The position numbers and the translations under genes are program-made. Shown piece by piece: positions 21,473 through 31,823 of a stretch of 64,000 nt of DNA. Below the pieces are notes generated by a model. That model saw nothing but the letters and a program-made list of their open reading frames with translations, did no database searches and was not told the DNA's origin. The first letter of the stretch is position 1; each line of letters starts with the position of its first letter. Origin of the DNA: an uncultured Acidimicrobiales bacterium (lineage in GTDB: Bacteria > Actinomycetota > Acidimicrobiia > Acidimicrobiales > VFJN01); contig CAWHNU010000007.1 of the NCBI GenBank assembly GCA_963830865.1, positions 229,315 through 293,314 on the forward strand, written 5' to 3'.

Positions 21473-23008
21473 TCAGGCCCCGCCGCGCAGCTCGCGCTTG
21501 AGCACCTTGCCGGACGGGTTGCGCGGCAACGCGTCGAGGAACGTCACCGCCCGCGGCACCTTGAACCGGGCGAGCTGCCCCCGGCAGTGCTCGATCAGCT
21601 CCTCCGCCGTCACCGCCGCGCCCGGCCGCAGGACGACGTACGCCACCGGGACCTCGCCCCAACGCTCGTCCGGGCGCGCCACCACGGCCGCCTCCAGCAC
21701 GGCGCCGTGCTCGTAGAGCACCCGCTCGACCTCCGACCCGGCGATGTTCTCGCCGCCCGACACGATCATGTCCTTCAGCCGGTCGACGATGTACAGGTAG
21801 CCGTCCTCGTCGCGCACGCCGATGTCGCCGGTGTGGAACCAGCCGCCGGCGAAGGCCCGGGCGGTGGCGTCGGGGTCCCGCCAGTAGCCCGGGAAGACCT
21901 TGGGGCCCCGCAGGACGATCTCCCCCCGCTCGCCGGCAGGCACCGGACGGGCCTGGTCGTCCCAGACGTCGAGCTCCAGGTAGAGGCACGGCCGGCCGAC
22001 GCTGCCGAGCTTGGACACGATGCTGCCCCGGTCGAGGAACGTGTCGCCCGAGACCGACTCGGTGAGGCCGTAGGCGTCGGCGAACCAGGCCGACGGGAAC
22101 GTCCGCTGGATCCGCTCGATCAGCGGGATCGGCATCTTCTCGCCGCCGTTGATGATCACCCGCACGGACAACAGGTCGCGGCCCTCGATGCCGGGCAGGG
22201 CCATGATCGCGTTGACCATGGCGGGCGCCAGCCACACGGTCGTCACCCGCGAGCGCTCCAGTTCGTCGACCACGGCCGCGGCGTCGAACGCCCGGTGGAT
22301 GATCGTCGTCGCCCCGGCGGCGATCAGCGACGTGGTCGTGAGGTCGAGCGCGCCGACGTGGTAGAGCGGGCCGCAGGCGAGGCCGAGGTCGGCGCCCGTG
22401 AAGCCGAACTCGACCAGGTGGGCGATGTTCTTCCAGGCGAGGTTGGCGTGGGTGATCATCACGCCCTTGGGTCGCCCGGTCGTGCCCGACGTGTACATCA
22501 GCCGGTGGACGTCGTCGGCCGCGGCGGCCACCGGCTCGACCGGCGCGGCGGCCGCCCGGAGGTCGGCGAGCGCCGTCCAGCCCTCGGGTGGGGCGGCGGA
22601 GACGCACGCTCGCACCAGGGTGGACTCGATCCCCTTGGTCGCCTCGCCGGCCAGCGCCACGAGCGCCTCGTCGCACACCAGCGCCCGGGCGCCCGAGTGC
22701 TCCAGGATGTAGCGGACCTCCGGCGCCGCCAGCCGCCAGTTGATCGGCATGGCGATCGCCCCGAGGCAGTTGGCGGCGAACACGGTCTCCAGGAACTCGG
22801 GACAGTTGTACGACAGCAGGGCGACGACGTCGCCCCGCCCGACGCCCCCGGCGGCCAGGCCGCCGGCCAGCGTGGCCGCCCGGGCGGCCATCTCGGCGTA
22901 GCTCGTCTCCTCGCCCTCGAACACCGTGATCGCCCGGTCGGGCACCCGCGCCGCATGGTGGGCGAGCACCGCGAACCAGTTCATGTCCGCCTGCGTCGTC
23001 GGGTTCAC
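21473..23008 (-). CDS. Acyl-CoA synthetase (AMP-binding, FadD-like)
   Basis: YTSGTTGRPKG, YGLTE, FHTGD, PRNPSGKVLK. Confidence 0.92.
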   Translation of the reverse strand: MNPTTQADMNWFAVLAHHAARVPDRAITVFEGEETSYAEMAARAATLAGGLAAGGVGRGDVVALLSYNCPEFLETVFAANCLGAIAMPINWRLAAPEVRYILEHSGARALVCDEALVALAGEATKGIESTLVRACVSAAPPEGWTALADLRAAAAPVEPVAAAADDVHRLMYTSGTTGRPKGVMITHANLAWKNIAHLVEFGFTGADLGLACGPLYHVGALDLTTTSLIAAGATTIIHRAFDAAAVVDELERSRVTTVWLAPAMVNAIMALPGIEGRDLLSVRVIINGGEKMPIPLIERIQRTFPSAWFADAYGLTESVSGDTFLDRGSIVSKLGSVGRPCLYLELDVWDDQARPVPAGERGEIVLRGPKVFPGYWRDPDATARAFAGGWFHTGDIGVRDEDGYLYIVDRLKDMIVSGGENIAGSEVERVLYEHGAVLEAAVVARPDERWGEVPVAYVVLRPGAAVTAEELIEHCRGQLARFKVPRAVTFLDALPRNPSGKVLKRELRGGA

Positions 23009-23039
23009 TCGCGGTCCCCTCCGGAGTCGTCGCGCGGCT

Positions 23040-23059
23040 TGTACCGACCAGTCAGACTA
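23040..23059. promoter_or_regulatory. TetR operator copy 1
   Basis: TGTACCGACCAGTCAGACTA between divergent ligase and tetR. Confidence 0.7.
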
Positions 23060-23103
23060 TTGATCCGCGACGAGGCGTGCCGGCGACCGCTAGTGTCGCC
23101 CCG

Positions 23104-23784
23104 ATGCCCGCGGTGGAAGCGACCGGCCGATCCCGACGCAGACCCACCTGGCAGGCGCGGCGCGATTCGATCATCGACACCTCGGCCCGCGTCTTCGCCG
23201 AGCAGGGCTACCACGCGACGGGCATCACCGAGCTGTGCGCCGCCAACGACCTGGGCAAGGGCGCGCTCTACCACTACATCGGCTCCAAGGAGGAGCTGCT
23301 CGTCGCCATCCACGACCGGGTCATGGACGAGGTCATGCTCGGCGCCGACCGCGTGGCCGAGGCGGGCGGCACGCCGTCCGAGCAGCTCGCCGGCCTGGGC
23401 GACGAGCTGCTCGACGTGATCCATCGTTACCCGGAACACGTCTGGGTATTCCTCCACGAGTTCCCGGCGCTGACGGGCGAGCGCGCCGAGCAGTTCCGCA
23501 AGCGCCGCCACGTGTACGAGGCCCGGGTCGAGGAGGTCCTGCGGGCGGGCGTCGAGTCGGGCGAGTTCCGCGACGTCGACCCGTGGCTGACCGCCCGGGC
23601 CTGGCTCGGCATGCACAACTACACGTACCTGTGGCTGAAGTCCGGCGGCCGCCTGTCGGCCCAGGCGGTGGCCCGCCCGTTCGCCGAGATCTTCATGAGG
23701 GGGATCGCCAACCCGGAGCACCGCGACCGGCCTGAGGTCTCGTTCTACGCGGAATCGGTCGCCATGGCGACCGATTCCGCGTAG
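23104..23784 (+). CDS. TetR family regulator; start (23077 or 23104) and C-terminus uncertain
   Basis: FAEQGYHATG..LGKGALYHYIGSKEELL; LGMHNYTYLW. Confidence 0.9.
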   Translation: MPAVEATGRSRRRPTWQARRDSIIDTSARVFAEQGYHATGITELCAANDLGKGALYHYIGSKEELLVAIHDRVMDEVMLGADRVAEAGGTPSEQLAGLGDELLDVIHRYPEHVWVFLHEFPALTGERAEQFRKRRHVYEARVEEVLRAGVESGEFRDVDPWLTARAWLGMHNYTYLWLKSGGRLSAQAVARPFAEIFMRGIANPEHRDRPEVSFYAESVAMATDSA

Positions 23785-23786
23785 AA
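23743..23786. repeat. Perfect 44-bp palindrome (REP-like family B), possible bidirectional terminator
   Basis: TTCTACGCGGAATCGGTCGCCATGGCGACCGATTCCGCGTAGAA between convergent genes. Confidence 0.85.
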
Positions 23787-23802
23787 AACGCGGGACGGCC
23801 GG

Positions 23803-24552
23803 TCAGGGTGCCGAGTAGCCGCCGTCGACGACGAGCGCCGAGCCGGTCGTCCAGCGGGACGCCTCGCTCGCGAGGTACGCGTACGCGCCCGCCACGTCGG
23901 TCGCCGCCCCCAGGCCGAGCGGGTGGCGGGCGGCGATGGGGTCGAGCGCGTCGGCGGGCAGATCGTCGTGGATGGCCGAGCGGAACGTGCCCGGGCACAC
24001 GCAGTTGACCCGGATGCCGTCGCGGGCGTACTCGACCGCCGCGACCTTGGCGAGCTGGATGACCGCCGCCTTCGTGGCGCAGTACGGCGCCGCGTGCGAC
24101 CACGCCGTCAGGCCGGCGACCGACGCGGTCAGCACGATCGAGCCCGACCCCTGGGGCCGCATGACCGCCACCGCGGCCCGGATCCCGTTGACCGCCCCGA
24201 GGACGTTGACCCGGAAGGCCCGCTCCCAGTCCTCGGTCGCCAGGTTGTGGATGCGGCCGTTGGGCGACAGCACGCCTGCGTTGCTGATCAGCACGTCGAG
24301 GCGGCCGAAGCGCTCGACCGCCCGGGCGACCACCGACTCGACCTGCGCGGGGTCGCTCACGTCCGCGAGCACCGTCTCGACCGGCGCCGCCGCGCCCGGC
24401 TCCAGGCCGGCCACCGTCGCTGCCAGAGACGGCTCGCTCACGTCGCTCAGCACGAGGTCCGTGTCCGGCTCGCCCGCCAGCCGGGCCGATATCGCCGCGC
24501 CCAGCGCGCCGCCCGCGCCGGTGATCGCCACCACCCGCCGCGGCGGCGTCAT
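23803..24552 (-). CDS. Short-chain dehydrogenase/reductase
   Basis: TGAGGALG, SNAG, YCATK. Confidence 0.9.
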   Translation of the reverse strand: MTPPRRVVAITGAGGALGAAISARLAGEPDTDLVLSDVSEPSLAATVAGLEPGAAAPVETVLADVSDPAQVESVVARAVERFGRLDVLISNAGVLSPNGRIHNLATEDWERAFRVNVLGAVNGIRAAVAVMRPQGSGSIVLTASVAGLTAWSHAAPYCATKAAVIQLAKVAAVEYARDGIRVNCVCPGTFRSAIHDDLPADALDPIAARHPLGLGAATDVAGAYAYLASEASRWTTGSALVVDGGYSAP

Positions 24553-25328
24553 ACCAGCAGGTACCCGCCGTCGACGCTGAGCACGGTGCCGGTGACGAAC
24601 GCGGACGCGTCCGAGGCCAGGAACAGGTAGGCGCCGGCCAGGTCGGCGGGCGCCCCCCAGCGGCGTTGCGCCGTGTGGCCCGTGATGGTGGCCGAGAGCT
24701 CGGGGCTGCTCGTCCAGCCGACGGCCAGCGGCGAGTCGAACCAGCCCGGGGCGACGACGTTCACCGTGATGCCGGCCGGCGCCAGGTCGAGCGCCAGGCC
24801 CTTGGCCAGGCCGACCAGCCCGGCCTTCGAGGCGCTGTACGCGGTCAGGCCCTTGCGGGGTCGCTCGCCCAGCACGGAGCCGGTGAAGATCAGGCGTCCG
24901 CCCTCGCCCATGACCCGGGCCGCGGCGCGTGCCCCGAGGAACGCGCCGGTGAGGTTGACCTCGAGGACCTGGCGCCAGGCCGAGGCGCCCGTCTCGCGGG
25001 GCCCGGCGACGATCGGCGAGATCCCCGCGTTGGAGATCCAGGCGTCGACGCCGCCCCACTCGGCCACGGTGGCGTCGGCCACCGCCTCGTTGAAATCCTC
25101 GTCGGTCACGTCCCCGCCGAGCACCAGCGACGGCCCGGGCAGCGTCCCGGCGACCGCCTTCAGGTCCTTCTCCGTGCGGGCCACGAGCGCCACCGCGGCG
25201 CCGGCCTCCGAGAACGCATGGGCGAGCACCGCGCCGAGGCCCCGGCTTGCGCCGGTGAGCACGACCCGCCTCCCCGAGACCTCGCCGGGGGCCGGGAACG
25301 ACGCGGGGATCTCGATGGGGTCGCTCAT
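24549..25328 (-). CDS. Short-chain dehydrogenase/reductase
   Basis: TGASRGLG, SNAG, YSASK. Confidence 0.9.
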   Translation of the reverse strand: MSDPIEIPASFPAPGEVSGRRVVLTGASRGLGAVLAHAFSEAGAAVALVARTEKDLKAVAGTLPGPSLVLGGDVTDEDFNEAVADATVAEWGGVDAWISNAGISPIVAGPRETGASAWRQVLEVNLTGAFLGARAAARVMGEGGRLIFTGSVLGERPRKGLTAYSASKAGLVGLAKGLALDLAPAGITVNVVAPGWFDSPLAVGWTSSPELSATITGHTAQRRWGAPADLAGAYLFLASDASAFVTGTVLSVDGGYLLV

Positions 25329-25342
25329 CGCTCTTCCGTCAT

Positions 25343-25363
25343 TGTACCGACCAGTACAGTACA
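25343..25363. promoter_or_regulatory. TetR operator copy 2
   Basis: TGTACCGACCAGTACAGTACA between divergent SDR and E1 genes. Confidence 0.7.
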
Positions 25364-25369
25364 GGTTCC

Positions 25370-27334
25370 ATGGCCCCGACCCCCGATCTCGTCGAGATGC
25401 ACCGCCGCATGCTGCTGATCCGCGGCTTCGAGCAGCGGGTCGCCTCGCTGTACCGCGACGGCGAGGTCCCCGGCTTCGTGCACCTGTCGATCGGCCAGGA
25501 GGCCGCGGCCGTCGGCGCCTGCTGGCCGCTGCGCCCCACGGACGTGATCACCTCGACCCACCGCGGCCACGGCCACTGCCTGGCGAAGGGCCTCGACCCG
25601 CTGGGGATGTTCGCGGAGCTGATGGGCCGGGACCAGGGCACCAACCGGGGCCGGGGCGGCTCGATGCACATCGCCGACCCCAAGCTCGGGATCTACGGCG
25701 CAAACGGCATCGTGGCCGCCGGCCTGCCGATCGCCGCCGGCGCGGCGACGGCGGCCCAGCTGCGCGGCGACGGCGGCGTGACCGTGGCGTTCTTCGGCGA
25801 CGGCGCCCCCGCCCAGGGCGCGTTCCACGAGGCGCTCAACCTCGCCGCCGTGTGGCGGCTGCCGGTCGTGTTCTTCTGCGAGAACAACGGCTACGCGGAG
25901 TTCTCCCCGGTCGCCAGCCAGCACGGGGCGCCGCTCGACCGCCGGGCCGCCGGCTACGGCATCCCCCACGTCGCGGTCGACGGCAACGACGTCGAGGCCA
26001 CCGCCACCGCGATGGCGGACGTGGTCCTGGCCGCCCGCGCCGGGGGCGGGCCGGCCGTCGTCGAGGCGACCACCTACCGCTGGCACGGGCACTACGAGGG
26101 CGACCCCCAGCGCTACCGGTCGGCCGAGGAGGTGGCGGACTGGGAGGCGCGCGACCCGCTGGTCGCCCACGAGCGCCGGCTCCGGGACGCCGGCGTCGGC
26201 GACGACGAGATCAAGGCGCTGGAGGCGTCGGTCGCCGCGACGCTCGACGGCGCGGTCGAGGCCGCGCGCCGGCTGGCCGCGCCGGCGCCGGCGACGCTGC
26301 ACGACTTCGTCGTGCGGGCCCGCCCCGCCCACCCCGAGCCGGCGGCGCCGCCGGCCGACGCGCCGGTGTTCCGCACGATGGACGCCGTCCGGGCCGCGCT
26401 GGAGGCCGAGCTGGCCGCCGACGAGCGGGTGTTCGTCGCCGGCATCGACGTCGGCGCGGGCGGCAACGTCTTCGGCCTCACCCGGGGGCTCGCCGACGCC
26501 TTCCCGGGTCGGGTGCGGGACACGCCGATCTCCGAGACCGCCGTGCTCGGCGTGGGCGTCGGGGCGGCGATGGCGGGGATGCGGCCCGTGGTCGAGATCA
26601 TGTACCTCGACTTCCTGGGCGTCTGCCTCGACCAGCTGCTCAACCAGGCGGCCAAGCTGCCGTTCATGACCGGCGGGGCGGCGGCGATGGGCCTCACCGT
26701 GCGGACCCAGTTCGGGGCCGGCCGCTCGTCGGGCAGCCAGCACTCGCAGAGCCTGGAGGCGCTGCTGGCCCACATCCCCGGGCTCAGCGTGGTCATGCCG
26801 TCGACGCCGGCCGACACCTACGGCCTGCTCCGGGCCGCCATCCAGGACCCCAACCCGGTGGTGTTCATCGAGAACCGGCTGCTCTACGGCGCCAAGGGCC
26901 CGCAGCCGCCGGCCGACCACGTCGTCCCGATCGGGCGGTCCGCGGTCGTCCGCCCCGGCACCGACGCCACCGTCGTGTCGGTGTCCCGCATGGTGCACGA
27001 GGCGCTGGCCGCCGCCGACCGGCTGGCCGGCGAGGGCATCTCGGTCGAGGTGATCGACCTGCGGACCGTGGCGCCGCTCGACGTGGCGCCGATCCTGGAG
27101 TCGGTCGGCCGGACGAGCCGGCTGCTGATCGCGCACGAGGCGGTGGTCCCGTTCGGCATCGGCGCCGAGATCGCCGCGGTCGTCGCCCGCGAGGCGTTCT
27201 GGGACCTCGACGCCCCGATCGAGCGCGTCGGCGCGGCGGCGACCCCGCCGCCGTACGCGCCCGAGCTGGAGCGGGCCTGGCTGCCCGACCGCGACGACAT
27301 CGCCGCCGCCGTCCGCCGGCTGGTCGCCAGCTGA
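25370..27334 (+). CDS. Fused ThDP-dependent 2-oxoacid/acetoin dehydrogenase E1 alpha+beta
   Basis: HLSIGQEA, THRGHGH, GDGA...ENN, then DTPISE, QHSQS, EVIDLRT. Confidence 0.9.
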   Translation: MAPTPDLVEMHRRMLLIRGFEQRVASLYRDGEVPGFVHLSIGQEAAAVGACWPLRPTDVITSTHRGHGHCLAKGLDPLGMFAELMGRDQGTNRGRGGSMHIADPKLGIYGANGIVAAGLPIAAGAATAAQLRGDGGVTVAFFGDGAPAQGAFHEALNLAAVWRLPVVFFCENNGYAEFSPVASQHGAPLDRRAAGYGIPHVAVDGNDVEATATAMADVVLAARAGGGPAVVEATTYRWHGHYEGDPQRYRSAEEVADWEARDPLVAHERRLRDAGVGDDEIKALEASVAATLDGAVEAARRLAAPAPATLHDFVVRARPAHPEPAAPPADAPVFRTMDAVRAALEAELAADERVFVAGIDVGAGGNVFGLTRGLADAFPGRVRDTPISETAVLGVGVGAAMAGMRPVVEIMYLDFLGVCLDQLLNQAAKLPFMTGGAAAMGLTVRTQFGAGRSSGSQHSQSLEALLAHIPGLSVVMPSTPADTYGLLRAAIQDPNPVVFIENRLLYGAKGPQPPADHVVPIGRSAVVRPGTDATVVSVSRMVHEALAAADRLAGEGISVEVIDLRTVAPLDVAPILESVGRTSRLLIAHEAVVPFGIGAEIAAVVAREAFWDLDAPIERVGAAATPPPYAPELERAWLPDRDDIAAAVRRLVAS

Positions 27335-27336
27335 CC

Positions 27337-28469
27337 TCAGCAGCCCAGGCCGCGGGCGATCACGAGGTGCTGGATCTCGTTGGTGCCCTCGCCGATCTCC
27401 AGCACCTTGGCGTCGCAGTAGAACCGGGCGACCGGCGACTCCAGCATGTAGCCGACGCCGCCGTGGATCTGGACCGCCTCCGACGCCGCCCAGGTCGCCA
27501 CCCGGCTGGCCTTGAGCTTGGCCATCGCCGCCTCCGTGCGGAACGGCTGGCCGGTGTCGCGCAGCCAGGCGGCGCGGTAGGTGAGCCAGCGCGCCGCCTC
27601 CAGCTCGGTGGCGATGTCGGCCAGCTTGAACTGGATGGCCTGGAACTGCGAGATCGGCTGGCCGAACTGCACCCGCTGCTTGGCGTAGGCGGTCGCCAGG
27701 TCGAGCACGGCCTGGGTCAGGCTGAGCGAGAGGGCGGCGATCGAGATGCGCCCGACCTCCAGCGTGCCGAGGAACTGGCCCAGCCCCAGGTCGGGGTCGC
27801 CCACGAGGTGGTCGTCGGGCACCCACACGTCGTCGAAGTACAGCTCGCGGGTGTCGAGGCCCCGCCAGCCGATGCCCCGCATCTTGGGGCCGAGCGTGTA
27901 GCCGGGGGTGTCCCGCTCGACGACGAAGCTGGCGTAGTTGGTCCCGGTCGCGGGCCAGGCAGCGTCACGCCGAAGGACATGTCGGTGCCGGCGTTGGAGA
28001 TGAACGTCTTGCGGCCGTTGATCAGCCAGCCGCCGTCGCGCCGCTCGGCCCCGGTGCGGATGCCGCGCGCGTCCGACCCGGCGTCGGGCTCGGTGAGCCC
28101 GAACGCGCCGAGCACCCGGCCCTCGGCCAGCGGCCGCAGCCAGCGCTCGCGCTGGGCGTCGTTGCCGAACAGGTACAGCGGCAGCGACCCGATCGTCACG
28201 TGGGCCTGCCACGCGGCGGCGACCGACTGGTCCGCCTGCCCGATCTGCTCCATGGCGGCGACGAAGCCCACGGTCGACATGCCGATGCCGCCCCACTCCT
28301 CGGGGATCAGCATGCCGAGCAGCCCCAGGGCGCCCATCTCCCGCAGGAGGTCGGTCGGGCACCGGCCCTCCTCCCAGGCCTGGGGCGCCCGGGTGGCGAT
28401 CTCCTTCTGTGCGAACTCGCGGCACAGCCCGACCAGGTCGCGCTCGGCCTCGCGCAGCGACAGGTCCAT
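27337..28469 (-). CDS. Acyl-CoA dehydrogenase, frameshift near 27955
   Basis: FGLTEPDAGSD, RVQFGQPI, QIHGGVGY, IGEGTNEIQ across two frames. Confidence 0.9.
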
Positions 28470-29365
28470 CAGCGCAGGTGGGACAGGAAGGCGGCCGACC
28501 AGGCGGTGAGGTCGGCCGGCACGTAGTAGCCGCTCTCGTCGTTGATCGCGGCCCAGTGGCGGGCGACGTCCTCGATCGTCGGCTCGGGCGTGGCGTGGAC
28601 GTAGCCCTCGGTCGAGGCCACGAAGATGCGGGCGAAGCGGCCCGCTCCGGCGGCGTAGATCTCGCCGCTGACCGGGCAGTCCTCGTGCGCCAGGAACGCG
28701 ACCATCGGGGCGACGAGGTCCGGCGACATGTCCTTCGACTCCTCGCCGGGGGCCTGGCCCGCCATGCGGGTCATGGCCGCCGGGGCGACGACGTTGACCT
28801 TGATGCCATGCGGCGCCCCCGCCGTCGTGAGGCTGCGGGCGAGCCCGACGACGGCCGCCTTGGCGGTGGCGTAGGACGTGTTGGTGGGCAGCCCGAACAT
28901 CCCCGTCGACCCGGTCATGACCACGCGGCCGTAGCCGCGGGCGACCATGTGCGGCCACGCCGCCCGGGTGGTGTTGAACGAGCCGCCGACGTGGACGGCG
29001 AGATGGCGCGCCAGGTTGTCCGCGTCGGCCTCCGGGAAGCCGGCCCACCGGACGATGCCGGCGTTGTTCACGAGGATGTCCACCCGCCCGAACCGGGCCA
29101 GCGCGGCGTCGATCAGGCCCTGCGCGCCCTCGGCGGTGGACACGTCGCCGGCGTCGGCGAACGCCGCGCCGCCCGCGGCGACGATCTCCGCAGCGACCTC
29201 GTCGGCCGGCCCGGCGTCCGCGCCGGCGCCGTCCGCCGAGCCGCCGAGGTCGTTGACGACGACCCTGGCGCCGCGCTCGGCGAGCAGCAGCGCGTGCGCC
29301 CGGCCGATGCCGCGCCCCGCGCCGGTGACGACGGCGACGCGCCCGTCGAACCGGTGCTCGGTCAG
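28469..29365 (-). CDS. SDR of 3-hydroxyacyl-CoA dehydrogenase (MFE-2-like) type; start codon uncertain
   Basis: TGAGRGIGRAHALLLAERGARVVVNDLGG, NNAG, YATAK. Confidence 0.85.
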   Translation of the reverse strand: MTEHRFDGRVAVVTGAGRGIGRAHALLLAERGARVVVNDLGGSADGAGADAGPADEVAAEIVAAGGAAFADAGDVSTAEGAQGLIDAALARFGRVDILVNNAGIVRWAGFPEADADNLARHLAVHVGGSFNTTRAAWPHMVARGYGRVVMTGSTGMFGLPTNTSYATAKAAVVGLARSLTTAGAPHGIKVNVVAPAAMTRMAGQAPGEESKDMSPDLVAPMVAFLAHEDCPVSGEIYAAGAGRFARIFVASTEGYVHATPEPTIEDVARHWAAINDESGYYVPADLTAWSAAFLSHLR

Positions 29366-30624
29366 GCCGCCACCGGGACGTCGAACCCCAGGAGCCGGCC
29401 CAGCGTGCCGCCGACCAGGGCCTTGCGCTCGTCCGCGGGCAGGTCGCCGAGCTGCGTGGCGAGCAGCTCGCGGCTGCCGCGGAAGGTCCCCTCGGCGTGC
29501 GGGTAGTCGTTGCCCCACACGATCGTCGACAGCCCGGTGACGTGCCGGCAGGCGATTGCCACCGGGTCGTCCTGGAACGAGACGTGGAACTGGCGGCGCA
29601 CGTACTCGCTGGGCGTGAGCGGGTAGGGCCACTTCTCGTTGAGCCGGAACAGCTGCGCCATGTTGGGCTGGTCGCCCGGCGGCCGGGTGTCGTCCCAGTG
29701 GCCGAGCCACCAGTCGGCGTCCTGGCCGATGCCGGTGACCCAGCACTTGTCCATCGACCCCACGAGCGACGCCAGCCAGTGGGCGTTGAACTCGATCAGC
29801 GCGAAGTGCAGGTCGGGGTAGCGCTCGGGGACCCCGCCGCCGATCAGCTCGCACATCACCTGCTGCGGGACGATCGGCCCGTACACGCACTGGGTGACCA
29901 TCCGCTTCGACGCCGAGCGTTCTCGGTCATCGGCTGGTTGACCTGTGCCGCCGATCTCCATGACCACCTTGAGCGTGGTCGAAGCCGGGTCGTTCACCTT
30001 CACGCCGCCGGTCTGGGTGTGGATGAAGACGTGCACGCCGCTGGCCTGGGCCGCGGCCCACACCGGGTCGAAGTCCCGCGAGTAGTAGGGCTTGGGCGGG
30101 ATCGCCGGCAGCAGGACCGCCCGGAACCCGGCGGCGGCGACCCGCTCGATCTCGGCGACGGCGTCGCCGACGTCGGTGATCGGCACGGGCGCCGTGGGCG
30201 CCAGCCGCGAGAAGTAGGGCGAGAACCGCTCGACGACGTAGTCGTTGTAGACCCGGGCGTGCGCCATCGACAGCTCGTGGTCGTCGGAGTAGAGGCCGAA
30301 CAGCGACAGGTTGGGGTGCATCACCTGCACGTCGACGCCGTCGAGGTCCATGTCCTCGAGGATGTGGGTCGGGTCGCCCTCCGGCATGCGCCCGCCGGTC
30401 TGGCGGTAGCGGGAGATCGTCCAGCCCTCGTACCCGGGCGTGTGCAGCTTGCGGAAGATCCGGGCGCCGCCCTCGACCAGCGGCTCGATCTCGAAGTCCT
30501 CCTCCCACACGCCCCGCTCGCGCAGGTGCGCCGGCAGGCGGGTGCGGAACAGGTCGGTGGGCTCCAGGAGGTGCCCGTCCGCGGACACGACAAAGTCCTT
30601 GGAGACGCCGTCCTTCCCCGTCAT
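29362..30624 (-). CDS. Amidohydrolase family protein; probable compensating indels near 29920-29950
   Basis: VSADGHLLEP, WGNDYPHAEGTF. Confidence 0.85.
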   Translation of the reverse strand: MTGKDGVSKDFVVSADGHLLEPTDLFRTRLPAHLRERGVWEEDFEIEPLVEGGARIFRKLHTPGYEGWTISRYRQTGGRMPEGDPTHILEDMDLDGVDVQVMHPNLSLFGLYSDDHELSMAHARVYNDYVVERFSPYFSRLAPTAPVPITDVGDAVAEIERVAAAGFRAVLLPAIPPKPYYSRDFDPVWAAAQASGVHVFIHTQTGGVKVNDPASTTLKVVMEIGGTGQPADDRERSASKRMVTQCVYGPIVPQQVMCELIGGGVPERYPDLHFALIEFNAHWLASLVGSMDKCWVTGIGQDADWWLGHWDDTRPPGDQPNMAQLFRLNEKWPYPLTPSEYVRRQFHVSFQDDPVAIACRHVTGLSTIVWGNDYPHAEGTFRGSRELLATQLGDLPADERKALVGGTLGRLLGFDVPVAA

Positions 30625-30636
30625 CGTCCCGGAAGG

Positions 30637-30656
30637 TATACCAACCGGTCGGTACA
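30637..30656. promoter_or_regulatory. TetR operator copy 3
   Basis: TATACCAACCGGTCGGTACA between divergent amidohydrolase and cyclase. Confidence 0.75.
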
Positions 30657-30672
30657 TGCAATGCTGGCCGCC

Positions 30673-31771
30673 ATGACCACGCGGTGGACGCAGCGGCCGG
30701 AGGGCTCGACCTGGGGCGACTGGGGCGAGGACGACGAGCTGGGCCGCATCAACCTGCTCACCCCCGAGAAGGTCCTCCAGGGCGTGCGCGAGGTGGAGGC
30801 CGGCCTCAGCTTCTGCCTGAGCCTGCCGCTCGACTTCCCCGGCGGCACCGCGCTCAACCAGCGCCGCCACCCCCCGAGGCTGGCGCCGACGGAGGACATG
30901 GGGGGCGGCCCGGGCACCTTCTACAACGTCCGCATGAGCGAGATGCCGGACTTCGGCGACCCCAAGTACGTCGACGTGTGGGCCGACGACGTGGTGACGC
31001 TGTCGCTCCAGTACTCGACGCAGTGGGACTCGCTGGCCCACGTCGGCGCCGAGTTCGACGCCGACGGCGACGGGGTCGAGGAGGCCGTCTACTACAACGG
31101 CTACCGCGCCGGGGTCGACCTGGTCGGGCCGCAGCCCGACGCCCGGGGCGACGGTGGCGGGCACCTCTGCTTCGCCCACCACCTGGGCCTGGAGCACATG
31201 GCGGCCACCGGCGTGCAGGGCCGGGGCGTGCTGGTCGACCTGGCCCACCACCTGGGCCACGACTGGCGGGGGGTCGACCTCGGCACGCTCCAGGAGGTCA
31301 TGGCGGCCGACGGCGTGGTGGTGGAGCCCGGCGACATGCTGCTGCTGCACACGGGCTTCGCCACGCAGGTGCTCGGCCTGGGACCGCGACCCGGACCCCC
31401 GGAAGATCCACACGATGTGCGCCTACCTCGACGCCCGGGACGAGGCGCTGCTGCGCTGGATCGCCGACTCGCGGATCGCCGCGCTGGTGGCCGACAACTA
31501 CGCGGTCGAGGGCCTGCTCGGCAAGGACAGGGACCCGAGCCGCCACTCGTTCCTGCCGATCCACCACCTGTGCCTGTTCCGGCTGGGGGTGCCGCTGGGG
31601 GAGATGTGGTACCTCCACGACCTGGCGGCCTGGCTGCGCGAGCATCGCCGCAGCCGGTTCCTGCTCACGCGGCTGCGCCGCCCGCTGCGGGGCCTCGCCC
31701 GACTGACAGCGGATCCGTACCGCCACGGCCTCAGCGCTGTCAGAACGGGTGGCCCAGGCCGCCGGTTCTGA
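30673..31771 (+). CDS. Cyclase / kynurenine formamidase-like metal hydrolase, frameshift near 31378, aberrant C-terminus
   Basis: STWGDWGEDDELGRINLL, STQWDSLAH, ADNYAVE, LGEMWYL. Confidence 0.8.
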
Positions 31772-31810
31772 CAGCGGATTCGTACCGCTATGGCACTGAG
31801 CGCTGCCAGA
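31703..31810. repeat. Tandem pair of REP-like units (family A, reverse orientation)
   Basis: (TT)CTGACAGCG..CGCTG(T/C)CAGA twice; resembles the reverse complement of the 11368-11501 units. Confidence 0.8.
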
Positions 31811-31823
31811 GCGGTCGGGACGT

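Noticed and set aside
23733-23784. Functional TetR C-terminal tail encoded by the palindrome
   Set aside because: More likely read-through into a repeat; a TGA in another frame at 23733 precedes the palindrome
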